64,000 bases of DNA from positions 49,974,001 to 50,038,000 of the forward strand of contig NC_087436.1 in the NCBI RefSeq assembly GCF_036321535.1, read 5' to 3'. The notes under the pieces were generated by a model. It made no database searches. It was not told the origin of the DNA and worked only from the letters and a program-made list of their open reading frames with translations. The stretch's first letter is position 1. Each line of letters opens with the position of its first letter. Of this stretch, positions 37,048 to 49,834 are shown piece by piece. This DNA is from Camelus dromedarius. Lineage: Eukaryota. A program made the translations under genes and the position numbers.

Positions 37048-38054
37048 CTGCAAAAATATAAAATATTCAACAAATTAAAGTCTTAATTATCATTCACTTT
37101 TAGCCTATTTATTATTTCTGCCTTTGTCTACACATGATCAAAGAATCAAAAAAGAAACCAGGCAAGGAAATGGACAAAATAAATCAACATAAATATTTCT
37201 GAAAGGCAAAATAGTTATGTTTTCCTTTTCCAGTTGGCTTTTTATGTATCACTTAGATGCAGACTTATAAAAAACAACAATGTAATACAGTGGTAATTTT
37301 TCCCCAAAGGTCACTGCACAAAAAGTAGAAAAGCTCACAGAATCCTAGAATGCCAGATCTGAAGAAGTTTTTAAAATACTAAGTTTATTTTTATGTTATT
37401 TTTAAGTTTAATAAAACGTAAAAGCCAGAGAGATTAAATGAGTTGCTTATGATCCACTCTTAAGATAGATTCATTAGTTAATTATTTTTAAAAAAACAAA
37501 ACAGTAATTGTATACTGATTAAATGCCAGTCAAGGATATTAGCATATGAAATATAAAATGAAATAGGAAGGATGTCTGATGTTAAGTAACTGAGGTTTCA
37601 GGGCCAGAATCCATGTCTCCTGACTCTCATAATTTATTTGTGTTACAAAAACCTGCCTGCCTCACCCTGGCCCAATGACATTCCATTCTTTTCAAAATAC
37701 CAGAGGCTTAGATCACCAAAGCTCAGCTTCCAAGCAAGATTCCCTCCATTCCATCTGAAGAGAATCAGTTCAAAAAGCTAATTGGACTTCAAGACTTGTC
37801 AATGATTACGCCCTTCCGCTGTAACTGACCAACAAAAAAAAAATCTCATTTTGGGGAACACGGTCCAGTCTTCCTATAGATTCAGGGCTGTGTTTTTAAA
37901 GTCACATGATTTAGCTCCCATCTCCATGGTCCAGTAGGTGCTCTGTAGTTTGTGTTCAGCAGTCATCTCTTTTATTGGAAAGTTCTGTTTTTACTTAAAT
38001 GAAGCAGGGATAGGAAGAGAAATCCATACTATGAAATGTAATGTGTATACACAA

Positions 38055-38185
38055 CTTCCAGGGATCCTGCTAAAATGCAGGTGATGATTGAGTAGGTTGG
38101 GGTGGGGCCTGAAATTCCATATTTCTGAAAAGTTCCTAGGTGATAAGAGTGCTGATTGTCCTCAGGCCACACTTAAAATATAAAG
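38055..38185. mobile_element. MER5A-like hAT MITE
   Basis: gctaaaatgcag..gattgagtaggttggggtggggcctgaaatt..atttctgaaaagttcctaggtgat...ggccacactt. Confidence 0.7.
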
Positions 38186-40669
38186 GTCCCGATCTATGTT
38201 AGCTTGGCTGGATTCCAACCAGTGGAAATATCAATGTCCTGAGGAAAAAAATCACTGGGACACAAAACCTTGTCCGGCCATTCAAAGGGAGTCACACGAT
38301 GTCTTCTCTTGTTTAATGCGCTGTTTGAAAAGGTGACTAAACAGGGCGTATGGGTAAAACGAGGCTTTTCTGTATCTGTCTTAAAAGAAAATTAAAATAG
38401 CTAAATATCTTTTCCTTGTCCAAGGACAATAAGCAAAGCATAGCAAGATTTGTCTGATGTAATGACTGGCTTCTTAGGGCATCATTAGGGTCATTTTTAC
38501 ATACCCTATATAGTGGCTGTTTATTGATTTATATTAATTTAAATGTGTTAATTTCTAAGTCAGACGAATCTTGTAATTCTCATTCTTGTCATTTTTAATT
38601 TTATTGGTTTTGTCCATGTGACAATCACTTCATGATTTTATGCCATCTGTTGTTCTGGATATTTTTACAAGATGAAAAAAAAATCTAGTCAGTCAATTTG
38701 GTCAATTCAGTCAACAAACCACTCCATTGGGTCAAAAAAAAAATCAATATAATGGGTAGTTTTGCTCAATAGCCAAGGCATTTTTCTAAATTTACAAGTT
38801 GGTTAGTTAATCCATTGGATTATCCTCCACTCAGTAGCCTCTGACCCGACAGAATGTGCTGTTCTCTGGCGCAAGACATTCATGTAAGGACTGTATAGAG
38901 TTCACCTAAAAAGGCTTCCTAAAGTGCCTGCTTTTTTCTCATTCACCCACTTCTTCATCTTGTATAATGATAGGATATCTATTGAGTCAGGGATTTATTT
39001 TAGTTTTAGGAATAGAAACTGCTATTTAAAAACTGTTCAGTGGAGATTTGAAGTTACTTGGAGAATACCTTTTTATTATGGGAGAATCCTTGAAATTGTA
39101 AAGAGACAGTGTTTGCCTCTACAAAGACGAGGGGCTTTGTAGACTAGGAAGGTTGAATTCTGGCAGTCTCCTTACAGACCCAGTCATTCGTATATAGAAA
39201 TCTCTGCAAAAGAGCTAAGGAGCTAAATGATAGAAAAGAACCTCTTATGCCTATTGCTCGTTGCATGAGCTGTTAGATAATTTTTTAATTAATAATTACA
39301 GAAACAGTTTTTAAGACATAATCAAATTCTATGCAATAAGCATACTTCAGTAATCCTGAAATTTCTTCCTAACCACCCAAAGACAGTTTTAAGTCTGGTT
39401 TGAATCTCATATATTTGAGACTAATCTCCAAAAGACCATGCGTTCCTGAGGAGTAGGCTCCACGTCTTCCTTACTTAATACAGCGTCAAGGTCCCGGTAC
39501 AAGCAGACATGAGAAATAAAGGATTGTTGAATGGATTCATAATTACATCACAGTCTCTTTTGTCAATTTTATTGCCAACTGAAAGATTCAGGCTTGCCAC
39601 AGAAAGTATTTATGGTTCTGTTTTAATATAGTAAGTCCAGAATATTTAGGTACCAAAGGAAGTAGAGCCAAGATTTCTAGGACAGTATTCCAAAAGCTGG
39701 AAAACAACCAAATGCAGCCAACATCCTGGGGAACTGAACAAATGGCATTTTTTTTCTTTAATGTTAAGTACTATTAGAAAGCTTGATTTCATATGCTGAG
39801 ATTCATCACTGATATAAAGAAGCCATTTCAGTAATAAACCTTTTTTTTTTTTCCCATTACCTGTACCAGATGGTTACAAGAATTACTGGTAAACAGGAAG
39901 CTGTCAGATGTGGTACCCAGTTGTTTTTCAGTCTTCACAGTGTACTTCCCTCCACCACAACTCCTATCTCCACCTACCAGCCTAATCTTGTCCCATCCTT
40001 AAGTTTGGTAGAAAATATTTCAGTCATCAAAATTAGCACTATTACTGTTAACATTAAGGCACTCTTGCTTTTTTTTACCCAATAGCTGTGAATATTAGTC
40101 CTAATGGTTCCGCTTTCGCCATGCTTTGAGACATAATCTAAATTTGTATACCTCAGGCCATTTGTTTAAAAATTTCCTTAAATTTACAATTTTTCTAACT
40201 ACATTCATAATATCTGTTAATTATATAAAATATAAAAAACATGTAATGTATAAATAAAAACTAAAAATGGCCCATAATTTTAACAATTATTCCTAGAAAT
40301 TTTCCCTTGTGTTTAAAAGTATCTTGGTAAGCAGACTTATTCTCCAGTCATGTTAAGAATGGGGTACTGCTTGTTCTTAGAGACTGAGAATGGCTCTGTG
40401 TTTACTCCAGTTCTCTGATCCTTAATCCCCATGGAAATACTACTCTGAGTTGCCTGCTTGTGTCTCTGAATATAAACTGCTTTTAGATTCTCCATCTCCA
40501 GATTAAGATTGTTTTATCTCTTGATTCTTACAGCTTCTCGATACCACCATCCTAGATTTCCACCACATTCTAATAATGTTGTTTATTGACATGTTCTTCC
40601 TTCTGGGCTCTGTAAACCAGAGGGGACAACCTTCTCCCCAGGGCCTGTCCCACTTTGTGGGTAGTGCTC

Positions 40670-41375
40670 CAATCTGAATTATCAGGGTCCTATCAGGAGA
40701 TAGAAGTTATGCCTTAATTTGAACAGAAGATTATAGAGTTTTGGACTAGCTACAAAGCATAGTCCATAGCTTTTATTTTTTTTAATGGAGGTACTGGAGA
40801 TTGAACTCAGAACTTCATACATGCTAAGCATGTGCTCTTCCACTGAGCTATTTCCCTCCTCCAGGCAGAATCTAAAGAATACAGGAATAGCAGTTATATG
40901 GAGAAGCCACTACCCCGAGGGATGATGCAAAGCTCCCAAACAACACATGTCTCTGGAAGAGGCAGGACACCAGGGCTGAGACCCAGACTTCCCTGTAGAG
41001 GGTTCAGGTGTGGCCTCCTAGACGGTGGAGAAGTTAGTGAAGTGCTACATCTTCAGTACTTCCTGGAAAGCCAGCCCTGGGGAAGTGCCACACTTTAGAA
41101 CTCATTGTGACGCCACCTAAGTGGATGCCAAGGGAAGCTATCCGTGGGGAGATACCACTGGGAGTGAAACTCACTGGGGAACCACTCTCTGGAATGGCAG
41201 AGGAAGCTGCCCAGAGGGAAGCGTGAAGCCTGCCAAGAAAATCACACATCAGAGAGCCTACTAATGACGAAGCATAACATCATGCCAGCTGGTGAGGGAG
41301 AAATGTTCCAGTATCACAAGCCAGACAATGAAGTGTGGATTTGGAGGTAAGAGAAAATAGATTGGTAACTGAGAT
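40670..41375. mobile_element. Old ERVL/MaLR-type solo LTR interrupted by a SINE
   Basis: atcagggtcc..caggagatagaa..taatttgaacag at the start and aaatgttccagtatcacaagc...gtggatttggag..ggtaactg at the end; family not assigned. Confidence 0.4.
40771..40862 (-). mobile_element. tRNA-derived SINE (camelid Vic-1-like)
   Basis: The minus strand reads ggagggaaaTAGCTCAGTGGaagagcacatgcttagcatgtatgaagttctgaGTTCAATCtccagtacctccattaaaaaaa, with Pol III A and B boxes and an A-tail. Confidence 0.85.
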
Positions 41376-41959
41376 ATCACTTAAATGTCACACTCTCCCA
41401 ATCTGTCCCTTTTTTTGCTGGCTATTTCTGAAGATATAAAAAAGATAATGGAACGATGAAAGGTAGAAATCTTAGAACATACTATCTAAGCAACATTAGA
41501 TATTGATGTAAATCTAATAGAATTTCATTTATCAAGTATTTTGTAGATTTTTAAGGCCATAAATTCTTTTCTATTTGCCTTACTTCTAGCTTTAGTTTAT
41601 GTGTCTTCTCTTATTTTCTTTTCTCTTTGCATATTTTGATTTGTTAGGTTTTTAGATTTTTTTTAGATATAAAGGGAATGAAAGAAATACCCAGCATAAA
41701 TTATTTAAAATCAGATCTAAGTGGATATCAAGTACTTTCAAATTAATCTTGAATTTAATTTCTCTAAAATTTCTATAGCATTTAATGTAAAAATTAAGAA
41801 ACCAATTTTCCATACATAATGTTGGGAATGTAGTCATTCATGTTCTTTTCAACTCAGAGTCTGATGCTTGTCCAAAAGTTTGCAATAAATATTAAAAAGA
41901 ACAGTTTGATTTTTTCAATATGTAAACATTTCTTATAATTGATTAAGGATAGGAAACAA

Positions 41960-44900
41960 GCAGGAATTTTTGGAAGATGGTGATGGTACAAAGCTAGATT
42001 TTTAATCTCTTCATATATTCTCATAAAACCAGAGAAAGCAACTATATAAGAAAACTAAAACCCATGGACACAATTCTGCTCCCAGTTAGAATACTGAAAA
42101 AAAAAAAATCAAATAGAACTGTCTTGTCTATCCTAACAATGAGAGCAAACTGGATTAGATAAAAATCATTCCCCTTTTTGCTTTGTTGTACCACAACTGA
42201 GCAGAGTAGACAAAGAACCTAACATAACCATATTCCAGAAGACGGAGAAAGTTGTCTAGGAGAAAAGATACCCGTAACTGCCTTCAGGCAGAAAGAGGAA
42301 GGGTCCTCAAAAACGGGGTAAGGAAAAGCCAAGCACCCTTTTATCAACTGTGCCCAGAACTTAATGTCGACGTGTAGCCCTGCCTGAAGGATGAACCACT
42401 AGCCGAGCCCAAGTCATGAAGACTGCAGCTACGACTTCCCACAGACTTCCCACAGCCCTTCACTGGATAAACCGAGTTTGGTGAGTTTAAGCCTGAAAAG
42501 CTTTGGTGAGTCTTGCCTGAAAAGGCAAGAGAGTTGAAATAAATTTCTTCCCTTCAGTATATTTTCCTACGTCCATGCATGGGACAGGTCAAGAGATGAA
42601 GGAAACCTATCCGGGGCAACTTCACGGAGTAAAATGTAGCACACATCTGAAGCTAGGGACTCATCATGAGAGCTGAGAGAAATCCCTCTGGGGCCACCGG
42701 GCCTTCACCAAAGATATCAAACTAGGTCCTCCAAAGGATAGAGGCAGGGCGGCAGGGTGAAGAGAGCTCGCCTACATGGAAAAAAAAAAAAAAAAAAAAG
42801 CCCAGAGGAGGTCTCAGGAGCAAAGACAATTCCTCAGTAGAGCAAAAACGGCTGATGGCTAGGCTGTAATGCCAGAAAAGGTCTCCTACAAGTCTGAAAG
42901 TTAGTGGCTGAGCTGTAAAGTAGAAAGAAATACACAAAGTCTCACGAGTGCTGACACTCAAGGCTCTACTGAAAATAAAATGCTGATCCTACCCTCAGAA
43001 TCTTTGAAGCATGTGGTGAAGTGAATCTCACTAAAGCTGTAATAAAGCTCAGACCCAGCTCAATAGCAGCTTAGACTGACTCAGACTTCTGTACTTAGCA
43101 GCCTACAGCAAGGGGCCATGCCCTTTTCTGGAGTACATATTATTTTCTTCAGCCTCCATTTTTTCCCCCACATACTGTCTAGCATAATACTGAGTTACAA
43201 TACATGCAAGGAAGTAGAATACATGGCATGTAATTTAGAGAGAAGGAAGAGTTAATAGAAAGAGACCCAGAGATCTGCAAGTGTTGGAATAGACAAGGAC
43301 CTTACCATGACTAAGACATGTATGTTAAAGGATTTTGTGGAAAATTGGGCAATGTGTTTGCATAGATGAGGAATTCCAGCAGATAAACAGAAATGATGGT
43401 AAGAGGCAGAGAAAGAGAGTCCTACTTCTGTGTTGAGGCAATGATTTCCTTAAAAAAACCTGACCCTTCCATAGAAAACCACTATAACTTCTGGCAAGGT
43501 ACAAAAGTCAGTTATCAGAGGGCTTTGGAAAGTGATCAAAGCATGTGGACTTTGGAAAAGAGTTGAAAAATGGAGTAAGTGAAAAGCACATAGTGACTCA
43601 TTTCATTCTGTGGCCTTTTCCAGATAGTAGCTGCAATCATGGGGATAGCAAAAGGAAGCAAAAATTCCAATAGAAAGTTCATTGTATTTCTGTGCAGAAG
43701 ATCTATGGGAAAATACCAGCTAGCTGGGGAAATGCTGGAAAGTAGAACGCCAAAAAAGGGAAGCCCAAATTCTGTGTGTAAGCAATGATCATGTTTTCGA
43801 CTGACTCCTGGACCATGCACCAGTGGCACAGACTGAAGGCCTTCCTCACTGAGGTCTGAACCACCACACCGAGAGCCAGCATGACAGGACACGAAGCTTA
43901 AGCCTAGACACATTAACTGCCTGCTAAAATTTAAACTATCAATATTTATTGAAAAAATCCTAGAAAATCCAGAGTCTGTACAATTTAATATTCACAATGT
44001 CAATCCAAAATTACCCAACAGGCAGAGTCAGGAAAATGTGAACCATTCTTCAAGGAAAAGAAAATCAACAGACCTTGAGGGGGAGGGTATATCTCCGTGG
44101 TAGAGTGAGTACTTAGCATGCATGAGGTACTGGGGATTGATAAATAAATAAGTAAATAAATAAATCTAATTACTTCTCCCCCGAAAATAAATAAATAAAA
44201 AATTTTAAATGTTAAAAAATAAATTAAAAAAACCCCAAAAAACAGATGCCAATCCCAAGGTAACTCAAATGTTGGAATTACCATTAAAGGACTTTAAAAC
44301 TGTGCTCATTGAAAGTAAAGGTAACATAGTCATAATTTATGAAAAGATAGGACATGTCGGCAGAGAAAAAGAAATATATTTTCACATGAAAATTTTAGAT
44401 CTGAAAAATACAATATCTGAAATTAAAACTCCACTGGATAAAACTCATAGGAGAACGAAAATGACAAAAAAGTCAGTGAAATTGATGATAGGTCCAAGGG
44501 CATTATTCAATACGAAAAAGAGAGAGAGAAACTTTTATTAATAGCGCCTCTAGGGATTGAAAAATAGTCCTAACAAAAGTTTTCATATGAGTACTTGGAG
44601 TCACAGAAAGAGAGAAAAGACAGAATAAGAAAGAATGAATTAATATTTGAAGAACTGGTGGTAAAATAAATAAATAAGTAAAACTTCCAAAATGTGGTTA
44701 CAGACTGAAATTTACAAATTCAAGAAACTCAGTGAACTCCAAACAGTATACAGTATACTAAACAGTATAAACTCAAATTAAATATTGCCTGTGCACATTA
44801 TATCAAACTACCAGTAATCAAGAATGCACTTGAAAGGATCCAGAGAAAAATGACACATTGCATATAGGGAGACAACGATTCAAATAACTGAAAAGTTCTC

Positions 44901-44960
44901 ATTAGGTATGTAAAGGCCAGAAATCAGTGGAAGCGTATCTTTAAAGTGCTGAGGAACTCT
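41960..44960 (+). mobile_element. Old L1 5'UTR and ORF1 remnants (several L1M pieces)
   Basis: ORF 44209..44541 (QMLELPLKDFK..ILDLKNTISEIK) is ORF1-like; gaaatttacaaattcaagaaactcagtgaactccaaacag; aggccagaaatcagtgg. Confidence 0.7.
44079..44232 (+). mobile_element. tRNA-derived SINE (Vic-1-like) with rearranged T-arm
   Basis: ggggagggtatatctccgtggtagagtgagtacttagcatgcatgagg..., then taaataaa-rich sequence, ctaattacttctccccc and an A-rich tail. Confidence 0.85.
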
Positions 44961-45429
44961 AATATTTGTCATTCCCTGTAGAAGAGTGCAAAAAAGCCAT
45001 ATACCACTGTGAGTTTCAAAGCTTTTTGGCTCAGCATCCTACCTACCTTATATACTGTTTCTGAATAGAATAAATGTATTAAGATAAACTTCCACAACAG
45101 CTGGAATCAGTTTTCCAATTTCTAATCTCTTGTGTCTGCATTTTTTGCTCCCTCTGGTCCCATGAGATTTAACTACTGTTCATTTCTTTGTCCCTTTGTC
45201 TAGCTGGATTTCGCATGAAACATTGGCTCACCTCACCCTCTCAGTTCTTCCTTTTCAAAATTTGTTTTCTTTAATTCTTGGTTTTCTTGGTAGCCCTCCA
45301 AAGTCTCCAAAAATTTTTAACTTATTTCAATCACTTTTTAAATTGTTCTCAGTGAGAGCATTGGACTATTCAAGTTCCTCCAACATTCTTAGAATTGTTA
45401 TAAAATCATAAAATGCTATTGAATAAAAT

Positions 45430-46250
45430 TTAAGAAAAACTAAATAAATGAAGATAAATACCATAATCACAGATGGACGAATTTGATGTTATAAAGATAT
45501 CAGCTTTCCTCGAATTCATATTTAGATTTCTAAAATATAAGCAGAAGTTCAAGGCTAAGATACCATTGAAGAAATAGAGAAAGAAGAAAGATGTCTTAGC
45601 AAGTATCAAGATAGGGCAGAACACAAGCTATAGTTATAAAGACAGTATAATATTTGGAACTAGGTCCATGGAATTAAATATTGACTATAAAACCTCTTAT
45701 ATGTGTATGGAAACTTCATTTATGACAGAGCCCTTATTGCCAGATCAGTCAGAAAGAGGAGACGTTTCAGTGAATACTGCTGACAGAATTGGGTATCTGT
45801 ATGCAAAATAATGAGATCGAAATCGTGCATCATATCACATATAAAAAGCAAGTCTCAGTGAATTATAGTCCTAATATGAAAGCCAAAACTACTTAACTTT
45901 TAGGAAATGGTATGGAATAATATTTGAATATCCTCTGCCTTAGTGTGCTTAATTTAAAAATGAACATGCAAAAAGTCTCAAATTAAGATTTTTTTCATCA
46001 GTATATACCTTACTGAGAGATAAAAGGCAAGCTCCAAGTAGAAAATACTTGAGCCACATGCTAGACCACCAACTACAAGTCTCTGAACAATGACAACTCA
46101 ATGAAAAACTGAGAAAAATATCCTAGTAGATATATATGGAAGAGATTCAAATGCTTAGTAAACACATGAAAAATAAGTACTCAGTCTCATTGGAAATTCA
46201 GGAAATGCCAATTACAACAAGTAGAATGTATTTCACATTTATGGGGCTGG
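45430..46250 (+). mobile_element. Old L1 ORF2 3' part (continues at ~48810-49500 after the ERV)
   Basis: aaataccataatcacagatggacga..aatttgatgttataaagat; tatggaaacttcatttatgacagag; aaacacatgaaaa..tcattggaaattcaggaaatgc. Confidence 0.7.
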
Positions 46251-46306
46251 TATATAGCCTTGTTGTGAGTGTGTTAAATTAGCATTTGTTAAGTGGGCCC
46301 CTGGTG

Positions 46307-46808
46307 TGTTCCATATTGAACCAAAGTTCAATACAAGACCTCAAGGGAGAGTGAACAGGGAAGTTTATAACACAGGTCCTGGAGGAGGTACACCACACAG
46401 CTCAAGGGGTTACACGGGGAGGCCAAGGCAGAGTGCAGGCAGAGAAAGATGGGTCCTGGGGCACAAGCCTGCATTAGGGTCTGTGGCAGTGCTCTGGGGT
46501 TCCTGAGCTCGGGCCAGTTTGGTGAATTCAAATCAGAAAGGATAAGACTTTGGTACGCTTCATGGGGTCCTATCTAACAGACACACAAGGAAAAGCCCGG
46601 GGAGGCCGGCGAGAGAGCCTGTCACAAGGATGGTTGGGGGGGCTCATGTCAGGAACTTATATTTCCTTATAACCCTGCTGACTGTTGTCTAGAGCAGGTG
46701 ATCACTGGAGGGGCGAGTGCCAGTTCCGGGCCCCTGCAGGCTACAAGGCCACACGTAATGGATGCCAAGGCCGCATTATTACGTAGTTGTGTAGCTGTAT
46801 TCTCAGCA
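46307..46808 (-). mobile_element. ERVL-class 3' LTR
   Basis: TG...CA ends. On the minus strand a purine tract (cagggtgggc) directly precedes TG at 46808, and a poly(A)-signal-like tataaac lies near 46345. Confidence 0.65.
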
Positions 46809-48790
46809 GCCCACCCTGTGATGCCTAGGGATCAAGAATGGCAAGCGCTTGTGTAGCAGATTCGCTAAAGGACGCAGGTATTGTGTTCTGAAGCCATAGT
46901 AAAGCACATTTAGCCAGCCAATAATGGTGAAGCCCCTGATGAATAACAGTCTCTCTACTGTTTGAAACCCCGTTCTCAGTCATCGTCCCCTGGCGGATGG
47001 CGAGAGCCATGGGAACAAACCAGGGACCTCAGAGCATGTGACGCCAGGTCATGGTGTACAATGTATGAATACGATGTAGGGAGGGGTGCAGGTGGCAACT
47101 TAGATATCTGCCTTACCCACTAGCAGCGTGCACCCCTATCACGTTAGGCCACAGCGGGGTGGACAGCACTTGTCGACTGGGCACGGAGATGTGGCATCCC
47201 CTCATTCCCACTTTATCAAAAGGGGTAGCAAGTAATTGCCTCCTTTACTCTCAAAACTCTGGAAGGCTCCTGGGTGAGGACTTGTACCCTAGAAAGATAG
47301 ACCTTATTCAGGATGACAAATTGATGTTATCCAGCCACTGCCGCCCTCTGCTGGAGCTAATAGGTATGCAGCCACCGTCACGGATACCCTCCCTGGACTC
47401 GTGCTGGTCGCTCCCTCCAGAAACGCCTTTTCCCATCATGTAATCTTTTCCTTAATCAGGTAGGTGCTCATCCTCCTTGGCCCAGCAGCCACTATCAACT
47501 CAAATCAAGGTACGCGTTTCCCCTCCCAAGCTGTTCAATCCTGGGCTCTAGAACATGGAATCTTGTGGAATTTCCATCTGGTTTACTAGCCCCCAGCAAT
47601 TGGGTTTTTAAAGAGGCACAATGGCCTACTCAAAGATGTGCTCTTCAAGCTTTTAAACAGTAGGTGGTCCATCAAGTGGACGGGCGTTTTACTCCAGGCT
47701 GTAATACTGCTTAATTGCTGGTCCTCAGGTCTTCAACCCCCACACAACAACCAGCAGTCTTCTCTGAAGACTCCCTGTTAGTACTGACGGGGAACCTCCA
47801 CTCCTTTGACCTTAGAGAGGATGTCACTCACATCTGTTCACTGGATAAATGCTCCCCTTACCATTTTGATTTTTTGATGGTCTCACCATCTGCCACATAC
47901 CTGCAGCCTGACTGAGGATGGATTGTACAATATGACCCCCTTGTAATAGAGAGCCCAAGGGGCAAACCCTTACCAAATGGCTTAGAGATCATGATTATAC
48001 AGATTTTACTGGCCCAGATATGCTTTAGAAACATGATGCCAATAGACACATCCAGCTTAATTTGTACGCCCTTTACATTTTTACCTGCTATGCCTTGTAG
48101 GCTGTATGAAGTTCCCTTGGGGAATTTAGAAGACTTGGGCTCTTATGTTCAAAGAACCAGAAATGGCTGGATATTGCTTTTGTCCCAGTGAAGCTCCAGA
48201 ATCATAAATGGGCAATTGTCCTCGGAAGGTGGGGCACGCTCTGGAGAGCTGTGGGTCCCTAGGGTAATGCTCCAGGAGTTTTTTAAAAGGTTATGCATCT
48301 TGGGGTCTTTGGAAATACTGGCAACTTGACTTATTTTTGTGGCACTGACTAGTAGCTCAGAGCCAGTATTAAACACTGTCAACAGCCAGTCAACCTCTTT
48401 TTCTCCCTTCTGCTCCGTAAAGTCTTTAAAAATAGCTTGGCTCTTGAGACACATAAAGTTTTGAGTTTCAGTTTCTAATTCTCTACTAACCCCCACTTAT
48501 CTGACCGTAAGAATTGTCGCTGGAAAGCTCTGTGGTGGACGTCCCCAGTGGCCGGACTTGTGAGCAGCTGCATCCCCCTCCAGGGTGTCCCAGCGGACCT
48601 CATCAGGCTTGGGTTCAGCCTCCACTTGTACGATGATGGCAGGAACATTCAGGCTGGCTCCTGGAGCCCGAGAGCATGGGACCAGTGCCTTGGCACGTTG
48701 GTATCCTGCAACGCGGAGCGGCGCCTGCACTGCTTCTGTGGGCATCTTTCACTGAGGGAGGAAAACTAACTTCCACACGAAAGGATGTCA
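46809..48790 (-). mobile_element. ERVL-class internal remnant (gag on minus strand; no 5' LTR seen)
   Basis: ORF 48149..48496 EQKGEKEVDWLLTVFNTGSELLVSATKISQVASISKDP resembles the ERVL gag Q.xGE...WLLR.WD.G motif. Confidence 0.65.
47464..47740 (+). pseudogene. Retroviral (ERVL-type) integrase core fragment
   Basis: The + frame from 47464 reads VLILLGPAATINSNQGTRFPSQAVQSWALEHGILWNFHLVY*PPAIGFLKRHNGLLKDVL...WTGVLLQAVILLN. This matches the SDQGTHF...WA...GI.W.FH.PY.P...G.IER.NGLLK pattern. Confidence 0.85.
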
Positions 48791-48809
48791 AAGCCCCAAT
48801 ATCATGGAG

Positions 48810-49505
48810 TAAAATTTGCTAAACTCTCAATAAGCCAACATCTAACATTATCAAGCATCAATGAAAATAGAGCAATAAAAATACTTCAACACTGATGAAA
48901 GAAGCGTATATTACAGAAGTCTTTGAGCAACGGTTTGTCACTGTGTAATACACTGAAACCCTGCATACTCTGTGCCTAGGCAATTCTTTCATAGATGTGA
49001 CTCAGGAAATAATTCTGTCCCTGTCTTCTGGATACATATACAAGATTATTCACATTGATATGTTTTAGAAAAGAAAAAGAGAAAACTGTTAACAGAGCCC
49101 ACATATCCACCAACAGTAGGATGACTAAATCAATTATGGTACAGAGAATGCTGTACAACAGAAATGACTAAGTCATAACTAAATGCCACAACATGGCAGA
49201 ATCTCACCCACAAGTTGAGAGAAACAGAAGATTACAAAAGCAAACAAAGCTATGATTACATTTATATGAAGTTAAAACATATATAAATACAATTATCAGT
49301 AACTGTAAAGAAATAATTATGACAGAAATCAAGATGGCGTTTAGCCCTTGTGGGGATGGGAGGAGAGCAAAGGGGTCCTTCCTGAGTCAGCAACTTTCTC
49401 TTTCTTGTTGTGAGTGTTGGGTAAATGAGTATTAGCTTAAAATTTTACATACCTGTTATGTGCATTTTATGTGGGTATGATATATTTCATACTAAAAATA
49501 TTTTT
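48810..49505 (+). mobile_element. Old L1 (L1ME-like) 3' end
   Basis: ctaggcaattc..cacatatccaccaacagtaggatgactaaatcaattatggtac..acaacatggcagaatctc..atgattacatttatatgaagtt. Confidence 0.7.
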
Positions 49506-49834
49506 TAAAGGTAAGGTGCTTTTCCTTTGAATAAAAAAAATTGCGTGTCTAGTAATTTAGCCTGCAGACATTCACGTACATACAAACACTGCAGCATTTT
49601 TGTTAATGACAAACATTTGAAAGCAATCTAAAACATCTCTAGAGGATGCGTTATGCTGAATATTTCATGGTACAGCTGTATTTAGGTTGACATTAGAAAA
49701 GAAAATTTATCTGTGCTGACATAGAGAGATTTCCAGATACAAAAAAAAATTTATGATGTAGACATAAATAAGTGTTAAGATGTGTTTGTGTATGGTGTGT
49801 TTCACTGATTTTTCCAAAAGGACATACCATAATC

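Noticed and set aside
40790..40862. tRNA gene
   Set aside because: It has A and B boxes but also an A-rich tail, a degenerate cloverleaf and a second related copy, so it is a SINE.
42433..42454. 11-bp tandem duplication GACTTCCCACA x2, and similar short duplications near 44745 and 62260
   Set aside because: Ordinary slippage events within old repeats.
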